DNA of 64,000 nt, taken from assembly GCA_021784575.1 (NCBI GenBank), contig JAJYHX010000001.1, positions 413,917 to 477,916 on the forward strand. Direction: 5' to 3'. This DNA is from Nitrospirota bacterium (GTDB lineage Bacteria; Nitrospirota; JACRHJ01). Of the stretch, positions 40,641-48,492 are shown piece by piece; the stretch's first letter is position 1, and the number at the start of each line of letters is the position of its first letter. The position numbers and the translations under genes are program-made. A model generated the notes under the pieces. That model ran no database searches. It saw only the letters and a program-made list of their open reading frames with translations, and was not told the origin of the DNA.

Positions 40641-40670
40641 AAAGGAGGGCCGCATGGCCCTCCTTTTTTT
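40641..40670 (+). terminator. Intrinsic terminator after 14-heme cytochrome
   Basis: AAAGGAGGGCC-GCAT-GGCCCTCCTTTTTTT. Confidence 0.85.
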
Positions 40671-40694
40671 AAGGACGCAAAGGGCACGTCCTGA

Positions 40695-40723
40695 TTGACT
40701 TGCGGAGCATTCTCCTGTATTAT
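40695..40723 (+). promoter_or_regulatory. Sigma70 promoter for downstream accessory genes
   Basis: TTGACT-N17-TATTAT. Confidence 0.6.
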
Positions 40724-40817
40724 ACCTAAGGCAAATTGCCGTTATTCCGGAAAGCGTTATGGGGAAGCGGCGTACCGGAGTTGGTTGATTAAAACAGCGT
40801 TTTGGAGGTTTTAAAAA

Positions 40818-42398
40818 ATGCGTCTCCCTGACAGAAAAAAATGGCTGACGGCGCTCCTGGCCGGATTGGTGATTTTGTCCGCTTTGAGCCAGGGCTGCGT
40901 CAGAACCCGACATTTCGGCAAGGGAGTGCTGGCGACCATCGATAATCAACCGCTTACCGTGGAAGAGTATAAAATCGTTGTCGGGAGGATACCGACGGAT
41001 TTCAAGAAAAGAAAGCGCAGGCTTCAGCAGATGATAAGCACGAGGCTCCTTGCGGAAGAGGCGCTTGCGAAAGGCTATCTCGGGACGTCCGCGGTTTACT
41101 GGGGCATGCAGAGGTTTTATTACTTCAGGCTGCCCGAACTGTTAAAGTGGGATGTCTACAATAAAATCAAGGTGGACAAGAACAAGCTGGACGCCATAAG
41201 AAAGGCAATGAATCTCCAGACGGTGGTGCATGTCAAGATGCTTGTCGCGCCGACGATAGGGAGGGCGCAGGCGGCGCTTAGCGACCTCGAAAAAGGCGAG
41301 AAATTTGAAGACGTGGCGGCAAAGTATACGGTCGTGAAGTCGGATGTCAGGCACGAGATAAGCCTCGACGATTCTCTTTATCCCATCGGGGTCAGGGCGA
41401 TATTAAACCGCACGAAACCCGGCCAGCTCACGCCGCCGATGAAGCTTGACATCGGCTACGCCGTGATGCAGGTGCAGTCGAAAGACGACCCGGCCGCCGT
41501 ATGGAAGTCCGTGGAAGACAGAATGGCGGGGAACCTGAAACAACAGGAAATGAAAAAAGAGATGGCGGATATACTTGCCCGGCTTCGTTCCACCGCCAAG
41601 ATAAAGATATATTCACAGAAGAACAAGCAAGGACAGACAATATATACCGGCGCGGAGGTCAACGGCATAAATATAAACATGAACCCGCGCCTCTTCAAGC
41701 GGCAGAACAACCCTCATTTCGCGCACACGATGATGAACGCCCAGACACTGATGGCAGCGCTCAACGAAAGAATCAACGACATACTTTACACCGAGGAGGC
41801 GAAGGCGCGCGGCCTCCAGTACAACCCAAGGTTCAGGGAAGACGTGCGGCTGAAGAGGGAGGAGGTGCTTGCGGATTGTTACCTTGAGGCGATGGTAGGA
41901 AACAATACCGCAACTCCGCAGGATATAGAGAACTATTACGAAAAATATAAAAAGAGACACGAACAGAACCGGCTTGCGCGCATAAGCCACATACTGCTTC
42001 CGAGCGAGAGCCAGGCGGAGACGGTTCTCTCAGAATTGAAAAAAGGAAAGGATTTCGCCCGGCTTGCAAAAGAAATGTCGCTCGACCTGCCGACAAAAAA
42101 CGCCGGCGGCGTTGTCGGTTTTATCGATCCGAAAACCCTGAAGGAACCGATGAAGAGCGTTATCATGGGAATGAAGCCCGGAGAGATAAGCGGGATTGTA
42201 AAAGGCCCGGCTGGGTACGAAATAGTGAAGGTGACCGAGTGGAAAAACGAGATCGTGCCGCCGCTTTCCGAGATAAAGGACGAGATGACAAACAGGGTAC
42301 TCTTGAACAAGCGCTCGGACAAAGTGACGGCGCTTTATAAGGTGGTTTACGCAAAGCACAAGGTCGAAATAAACGAGCAGCTTCTAAAGTCGCTGTAA
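40818..42398 (+). CDS. SurA/PrsA-like peptidyl-prolyl isomerase, two PpiC domains, probable lipoprotein
   Basis: SQGC lipobox-like; GEKFEDVAAKY; SHILL, DFARLAKEMS-D, GG-VG, GEISG, GYEIVK. Confidence 0.85.
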   Translation: MRLPDRKKWLTALLAGLVILSALSQGCVRTRHFGKGVLATIDNQPLTVEEYKIVVGRIPTDFKKRKRRLQQMISTRLLAEEALAKGYLGTSAVYWGMQRFYYFRLPELLKWDVYNKIKVDKNKLDAIRKAMNLQTVVHVKMLVAPTIGRAQAALSDLEKGEKFEDVAAKYTVVKSDVRHEISLDDSLYPIGVRAILNRTKPGQLTPPMKLDIGYAVMQVQSKDDPAAVWKSVEDRMAGNLKQQEMKKEMADILARLRSTAKIKIYSQKNKQGQTIYTGAEVNGININMNPRLFKRQNNPHFAHTMMNAQTLMAALNERINDILYTEEAKARGLQYNPRFREDVRLKREEVLADCYLEAMVGNNTATPQDIENYYEKYKKRHEQNRLARISHILLPSESQAETVLSELKKGKDFARLAKEMSLDLPTKNAGGVVGFIDPKTLKEPMKSVIMGMKPGEISGIVKGPAGYEIVKVTEWKNEIVPPLSEIKDEMTNRVLLNKRSDKVTALYKVVYAKHKVEINEQLLKSL

Positions 42399-42423
42399 CA
42401 TCAGCACCGAGGTTTACGCACTA

Positions 42424-44052
42424 ATGGGTAGTAAGATGTTCACGAGAAACAAGCTGGTTGCCTTGGCGGCGGCTTCGCTTCTCTTTATTCTAAGTGTTGT
42501 TGCCGCATTTCCCGCGCAGGACTCCGTCAAGCCTCCGATATGGGTTGGCATCTACATCGCCGCAGAGAAGGTGGGGCTTAAGTGGACGCCGGTCAAGGGC
42601 GCTGTACGGTATAAGATATACCGTTCCATTTCCAGCGGCGGCCAGTACAACCTCATCGCGTCAACTACGGACGACTCTTACATCGACCCCACGGTCCTCA
42701 TAGGGGAGACCTACTACTACGTCCTCAAGTCCGTCGGAGCCGGCAGCAAGGAATCGGGTTATTCCGAAGAGCGTTATATAAAGGTGCCGGTCGTCAAGGA
42801 GACCGTGCCCGTCCAGCCGCCGGAATGGGTTGGCGCGCTGGTGGGAAGAAGAAGGATAAGGCTCGCCTGGAATCCCTCCGCCTCGAAGGACGTCCTCGCA
42901 TATAACGTCTACAGGAGCGCCGACCCAACGAAGGGTTTTCAGCTCATCGGCTCCACTCAGGACACCAGCCTCACCGACACGGACATAAAAGAAGGCGAGA
43001 CATACTACTATGCCGTCTCCGCCCTGGATAGAAATTTCAGGGAGACAAAGCTCGGAAAGGTGCAGACCGTCCGGTATGCGCCTTCGGAGGGGAAACCGGG
43101 CGTCGGGGCCGTCCGGCCAGGCGCGTCCGAGATGCCGCCGCGGATTATACCGACAAGGCTGACTATCAGGCGCACCCGGCGGGTGGGATATATCCTGAGG
43201 TGGAAGAACCGCAGGCCGCTTTTTTCTCCGACGGATGTCGTCCTTGGCAAGGACGGGAAGATATACGTATCTGATACCGGCGACAGCATGATACAGGTCT
43301 TCAAGCCGGGAGGCGCCTTCATACGGTCCATCGGCAAGTTCGGGACAAAGCCTGGGCAGTTCGAGAAGCTCCTCGGCGTGGATGTCAACGACAAGGACGA
43401 AGTCCTCGCCGTTGACGCTTATACCGGCACGATACAGAAGTTCGACAAGAAGGGCCGTCTCATAATGTTCAAGAAGATGCTTGATGACAGCAAGGCCATC
43501 GCGCTTGACCTTGGACGCAAGAAGCCGGTGGAGGTCTTCGGCATAATAAAGGGCCTCTTCGCCCCGGACGGGAACCTGTACATAATCGACAACTTCAACG
43601 ACTGCGTCGAAATTTATTCGCCGACCGGCAAATATATAAAGACGTTCGGAGGCAAGGGAAGGCAGGACGGGAAGTTCCTGTCTCCCACCTTTGCCATATT
43701 CGGGAAAGACGGGCATCTCTACGTGTCCGATTGCATGAACGCGCGCGTCCAGGTGTTCGACAAGGACGGACACTTTCTGTGGAAGTTCGGCGGGTACGGA
43801 AATATCGCCGGGACATTCGGCAGGCCGAAGGGCATCTGCATCGACAAGGCCGGCAATATATACGTCTCGGATTCCATGTCCAACGCGATACAGGTGTTCG
43901 ACAGGCACGGCAGGTTCAAGTACGCCCTGGCGAACAGAATGGGCAAACAGATTGATATGGCCACTCCGAACGGTATAGCCATCGACAAAGACAAGCGCAT
44001 CTATATCGTCGAGAAGCTGGTGAACCGTATCCAGATCAGACAGGTCGAGTAG
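42424..44052 (+). CDS. Exported FN3 x2 + NHL beta-propeller protein
   Basis: Two FN3 repeats; six NHL repeats (P-D/G-V...IYVSD..N.RVQVFD). Confidence 0.88.
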   Translation: MGSKMFTRNKLVALAAASLLFILSVVAAFPAQDSVKPPIWVGIYIAAEKVGLKWTPVKGAVRYKIYRSISSGGQYNLIASTTDDSYIDPTVLIGETYYYVLKSVGAGSKESGYSEERYIKVPVVKETVPVQPPEWVGALVGRRRIRLAWNPSASKDVLAYNVYRSADPTKGFQLIGSTQDTSLTDTDIKEGETYYYAVSALDRNFRETKLGKVQTVRYAPSEGKPGVGAVRPGASEMPPRIIPTRLTIRRTRRVGYILRWKNRRPLFSPTDVVLGKDGKIYVSDTGDSMIQVFKPGGAFIRSIGKFGTKPGQFEKLLGVDVNDKDEVLAVDAYTGTIQKFDKKGRLIMFKKMLDDSKAIALDLGRKKPVEVFGIIKGLFAPDGNLYIIDNFNDCVEIYSPTGKYIKTFGGKGRQDGKFLSPTFAIFGKDGHLYVSDCMNARVQVFDKDGHFLWKFGGYGNIAGTFGRPKGICIDKAGNIYVSDSMSNAIQVFDRHGRFKYALANRMGKQIDMATPNGIAIDKDKRIYIVEKLVNRIQIRQVE

Positions 44053-44054
44053 CC

Positions 44055-46181
44055 GTGAAAAAGCTTGTTTTGATTCTTGCCGCAATAGTAAGCGTAATCG
44101 CCGCGAAAGAAGTTTTCGCGGGGGTTATCGGTTCTCCGCACGATATAGCCGCCCAGAAGTATGTTGTAGCCGGCGAGCAGCAGTGGACCAAGAACGTGTG
44201 CAACTACTGCCACGTTCCGCACAAGGCGAAGGGCGCGATGCTCTGGCCGACGCCTCCTCCGGCGCTCAAGGGCTGGGGCAGGGTAGGGCCTTTGTGTTAT
44301 TCCTGCCACGACGGCGTGGCGATTGTCTCTCCCTACGTGGATGCGTCCCAGACGGTTTTCAATCCGAAGAGCCACGGACTCAAGCTTGCAGACCTCCCGG
44401 CGGGCGACGACGCATCCGGCTCCGGCCTGCCGTATACCAACGGCAGCCAGGACCACATCGAATGCAGCACGTGCCATAATCCGCACGACGACACGCACAG
44501 GCCCTTCCTCCGGGTGGACATCAACCAGCTCTGCGAGAAGTGCCACAAGCACCGCGAGAACTCCGGCTACGGCATAAACAACGCCGAGGGAACCCATCCG
44601 GTTCACATGCCGCTTAAAGACCAGACTGGCGGCCGCATCCCGCTTGAGCCCATCAGCAGCTTCATGGTGCCGTTCCCGATGCCGTATCCAAAAGAGAACG
44701 GGAAAAACACGTACGGCGTGCACTGGACGCTTGGCGGGCATCTCTCGGATGGCTCAACCGGAACGGTGGAATGCACCACCTGCCACAGCATACACGGCAG
44801 ACTGCCCTCCGGGCCGTTCTACAAGCTTCTCAGCGTCGATCCTGTGAAGGACGACGCGGACAATTTCTGCGAGGGCTGCCACAGGGGCAAGAGAGCCGAC
44901 GGACTGCCGTCCCCGCCATATCCGAACCCGGGCGGCACGACAGCCCCGCTCAGTTATCATCCCGCCGACAACGACACCTGCAACGGCACGACCGACACGA
45001 CCAACGGCAGGATTGTGGCGATAAACGAGCCGGACGGATGGGTATTCGGCAAGCACGGAGAGGTTCTCTGCACGACCTGCCATGAACCGCACGGCGCCCG
45101 GAAAAACTCTCCGATACTGAGGCAGGACCCGGATTCGCCGACGTTCTGCGAGTCGTGCCACTCGGTTCCGTTCCCGCATCACCCGACCGGAGACCTCACC
45201 GGCAATTCAAACATAAATTCGGGCGACGCGCACGCCAGCACGAGAGAGATTGTAATACCCCCGTCCTTTCCCGCCGGGATCACGTACGGCGACCCGAAGC
45301 CCGGCTGGCTGTACTGCTCAAGCTGCCACAGGGCGCACAACGCCAACTGCACCCCGATTCTGGTAATAGACTGTCGAAACGGCACCGCCTGCGACATATG
45401 CACTATGTGTCATCCGAAGTACAACCCTACATGGCAGACTGACGACAACTGGAAGTCTACCCATTTCATGGGAGATCCGACGGCGTTTACAGTGCCCTAC
45501 ATAACATTGCAGGGCGATCTCGAAGGAACACAGCCGGGGTATTACGACCAGTATCCGCCCATGCACATAGGAAAATGGCCGGAATCGGGGCTGGAGTCGC
45601 AATACGGAGGGCCGAGCGGCAAAGAGATAACGTGCTGTTCGTGCCACAGCTTCGACGTGGGTAACATTACCGCCGGAAACGCCGACCAGTCTCCGTACCT
45701 TGGGCCGATACTCGCTCCCGGATACCAGCCGACTGACCTGGTTTCAGGGCTTCTTGCGAGGGCCGGCAGTTACAAGGAATGGCTGCCGAGCGACGTGCAG
45801 GATGTTATAATCGGCGGCAACCGCGGCACCGAACAGATAGTTGACAAATACCTCTGCACAGGCTGTCACGGCCTGACGCCGAGGACGGACGTGTCGTCGG
45901 GCTGGGAAGGCTTTACGCATCCCATGATGAATGCCGACGGCTCCACCCTGGCGAATATAATTGCGCCTGCCACCCTGACTTTCAACCAGCATGTAAACTG
46001 CGAGTCCTGCCATACCCCGCACGAAGCCGACAGCAGGGGCGGTTTCCTGATACTAAAGACTGCGGCCCTGAAAGACCCGATGGCAAACAGCGCGCCGCCG
46101 GATCCCTACCGCATCTACAAGGATCCGGTCAATTACATCGAGTTCGCGCCGCTTTGCGAACTCTGCCACATAGGATATTGA
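44055..46181 (+). CDS. 14-heme c-type cytochrome, paralog of 37682-40609
   Basis: Sec signal, 14 CxxCH, motif order colinear with the upstream cytochrome. Confidence 0.92.
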   Translation: MKKLVLILAAIVSVIAAKEVFAGVIGSPHDIAAQKYVVAGEQQWTKNVCNYCHVPHKAKGAMLWPTPPPALKGWGRVGPLCYSCHDGVAIVSPYVDASQTVFNPKSHGLKLADLPAGDDASGSGLPYTNGSQDHIECSTCHNPHDDTHRPFLRVDINQLCEKCHKHRENSGYGINNAEGTHPVHMPLKDQTGGRIPLEPISSFMVPFPMPYPKENGKNTYGVHWTLGGHLSDGSTGTVECTTCHSIHGRLPSGPFYKLLSVDPVKDDADNFCEGCHRGKRADGLPSPPYPNPGGTTAPLSYHPADNDTCNGTTDTTNGRIVAINEPDGWVFGKHGEVLCTTCHEPHGARKNSPILRQDPDSPTFCESCHSVPFPHHPTGDLTGNSNINSGDAHASTREIVIPPSFPAGITYGDPKPGWLYCSSCHRAHNANCTPILVIDCRNGTACDICTMCHPKYNPTWQTDDNWKSTHFMGDPTAFTVPYITLQGDLEGTQPGYYDQYPPMHIGKWPESGLESQYGGPSGKEITCCSCHSFDVGNITAGNADQSPYLGPILAPGYQPTDLVSGLLARAGSYKEWLPSDVQDVIIGGNRGTEQIVDKYLCTGCHGLTPRTDVSSGWEGFTHPMMNADGSTLANIIAPATLTFNQHVNCESCHTPHEADSRGGFLILKTAALKDPMANSAPPDPYRIYKDPVNYIEFAPLCELCHIGY

Positions 46182-46189
46182 GGGATACA

Positions 46190-48481
46190 ATGCTGCGGAC
46201 GGCGAAACATATCATGCTTGTTCTGACGGTCGCGGCGGCGCTGCTCCCGGCTGTTGCGTACGCGGCAATAGGCGGCACGGAATCGAAACACAACATGACA
46301 CTGTTAGGCGGCTACCCCTACGGCCAGAACGTATGCGACGCATGTCATTCGTCACATTTCGACTCGGGCGTTAGGCTTTGGGCGGCGGGCAGGCAGACGG
46401 AACTCGCTAACGCAAAGAATCAGTCTCAGGACGAACTGGCCGGCGGGAATTATCCGGGCATATACCTCTGCCTCGACTGCCATAGCACGGCAGCGTCGGT
46501 TCCATCGGCGCCTGCCTCCTGGGCAAAGCCCGCCGCCGAGAACGTCGTCACGCACTCGACGCTCGAAATGAAATTCGCCGGGTATTCCACGAAATACGAG
46601 TCTTTTACGATGCAGTGCACCACCTGCCATAATACGCATCAGTACTGGAACGGCACGTTCCAGCCGGGCCAAAACGGATACATGATACGCTCCACCATCA
46701 TCACCCCGAACAGCGGCGTTAAGAAGGTGGTCTTCTACGCGATATCCGGCCCGAACTCCATGGGGAACGACTATACGCCCCATACGTCCATATGCGAGGT
46801 CTGCCATACCAGGACCACTTACCACAACAACGCGTCATCCAATAACCCGCATTACGACGGGCAGAAATGCACTCTCTGCCACAACCACCAGAACGGTTTC
46901 AGCGCGAGGTGGACATGCACCTCCTGCCACGGGAACCCGCCGACGAGCCAGCCGCTGCTTGTGGGCCGCTCCCTGAAGAACGGTTATCCGCCCACAGGCG
47001 AGACCTCGGCGGGTATGCACGCCTTCCACTTCTACTCCACGAAGGTTTATTCCACAAACGGGTCCTTCAGCGTCGGTTATTCCTGCGACTACTGCCACAA
47101 GGGCGGCATGAACGATACCGGGCTTACCGACAAGATTATAGAAGTGAAGTTCTCGGATTTTAGCCGCTACACATCCGGCAGTTTCGACGGCTTTGCTCCG
47201 ATAAGCGGCTATACCTTCAGCCCCGGCAATACCACCGGCGGGACGCAGGCCTGCTCCAACACCTATTGCCACGGCAACTTCTACGGCGGGAACAAGACCA
47301 ACAAGCCCGTATGGACAAACGCCGCGAGCGGGGCATGCGGCACCTGCCACGCCACCGCCCCACCGGCCCTTCTCGACCACAGCGTGCACCTAACGGCCTC
47401 GTGGGGACCGAAGGCGTCCTGCGACGACTGCCACGGCGCCAACGCCTCCATTGGCAGCAACACCGGGCACGTGGGCGGGTTCGTCATATTTGCAGACTTG
47501 AAGAACTTCTCCACCACGACCGTTTGCAACGGGTGCCACGGAAGCGGCGCGGCGATGGCAAAGGCATACTGGGGGCACACCAGCATCAGGTCGCAGGACT
47601 CCTGGTGCGAGTCCTGCCACAACGGCAACAGCCCGGCGTCCGTCGTGAATACCGCCGCCGGGACAGGCGGAGTCAATGTTACCGCGCAGAATGTCGTCGG
47701 CGACAAAACGACCTACGGTTACGACTATACCGGCCACGGCGCGCCCCCGGGCGCGATCCAGTGCACCGCATGTCACGACATAAAGTCTCAGCACGTGGGC
47801 CCAGCCTCGTTCTCGTACAAGGCGTCGTCCAATAACTACAGGTCCGCCTTCAGGATGGGTTCGGTGTCCAATACCGTCCCGCTGCTCGGCAGCTATACGT
47901 CTTCGGCGGCGGCGCTGTGCTATTCCTGCCACAGCCAGACGAAGATACTGGGTATGCCCGCCGAGGGAAAACCGTCATCCATGCACGTCCACAACCCCAT
48001 ATACATTTCCTCCTGGGCCACGGATTTCCGCAATACCTCGACGATACTCGGACTTTACAGCGGCGGCGACTGGGACGCCACCGGCAGCAGCGCCGACGAG
48101 CCCACCAACATCCACTGGAACCACCTTGACGACTACGGGAGCACCAAACGCTACCCGTCGGCCTACATATACGACTCCGACGGCGACGGAGCCGGAGACT
48201 CCCGCATCGTCTGCGATACATGTCACGACCCGCACGGCACGCAGCAGCCCGCGATGGTATACGATGCGTTCGACCTGAGGACTTATTCCGCCCCGCCCAA
48301 TCCCGGCTACAGATGGGTAAACGGAAGCGGATATGCGACGAACAGGTGCATTTCCCCCGGCAACTCATGTCATACGGCGGGAGATTTTCCTGGAACCGCG
48401 GGCATGAGGTGGTATCGGCAGACCCTGTCGAATACCACAACCGGCGCCCCGGTGGGACTTACGGCGACTCAGCTGCAATAG
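46190..48481 (+). CDS. Multiheme cytochrome with CxxxxCH/CxxCH domain (14 CxxCH + CX4CH + possible CX6CH)
   Basis: Sec signal; CSNTYCH...W...CGTCH Geobacter-type motif; terminal CISPGNSCH. Confidence 0.9.
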   Translation: MLRTAKHIMLVLTVAAALLPAVAYAAIGGTESKHNMTLLGGYPYGQNVCDACHSSHFDSGVRLWAAGRQTELANAKNQSQDELAGGNYPGIYLCLDCHSTAASVPSAPASWAKPAAENVVTHSTLEMKFAGYSTKYESFTMQCTTCHNTHQYWNGTFQPGQNGYMIRSTIITPNSGVKKVVFYAISGPNSMGNDYTPHTSICEVCHTRTTYHNNASSNNPHYDGQKCTLCHNHQNGFSARWTCTSCHGNPPTSQPLLVGRSLKNGYPPTGETSAGMHAFHFYSTKVYSTNGSFSVGYSCDYCHKGGMNDTGLTDKIIEVKFSDFSRYTSGSFDGFAPISGYTFSPGNTTGGTQACSNTYCHGNFYGGNKTNKPVWTNAASGACGTCHATAPPALLDHSVHLTASWGPKASCDDCHGANASIGSNTGHVGGFVIFADLKNFSTTTVCNGCHGSGAAMAKAYWGHTSIRSQDSWCESCHNGNSPASVVNTAAGTGGVNVTAQNVVGDKTTYGYDYTGHGAPPGAIQCTACHDIKSQHVGPASFSYKASSNNYRSAFRMGSVSNTVPLLGSYTSSAAALCYSCHSQTKILGMPAEGKPSSMHVHNPIYISSWATDFRNTSTILGLYSGGDWDATGSSADEPTNIHWNHLDDYGSTKRYPSAYIYDSDGDGAGDSRIVCDTCHDPHGTQQPAMVYDAFDLRTYSAPPNPGYRWVNGSGYATNRCISPGNSCHTAGDFPGTAGMRWYRQTLSNTTTGAPVGLTATQLQ

Positions 48482-48492
48482 GAGAGTCGGCT

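Noticed and set aside
40671-40745. GGACGCAAAG and GGCAAA words resembling a c-di-GMP-I/GEMM riboswitch
   Set aside because: Elements are in the wrong order and no P2 stem with a GNRA loop is evident; an Rfam scan would settle it
42661-44085. 474-aa minus-strand ORF (likewise 23936-25267, 62455-63765, and plus-strand 8924-10072)
   Set aside because: Antisense to well-supported genes; expected in GC-rich DNA
48220-48492. Upstream extension of the FN3 protein
   Set aside because: Overlaps the preceding cytochrome; RBS and signal peptide fit ATG 48493
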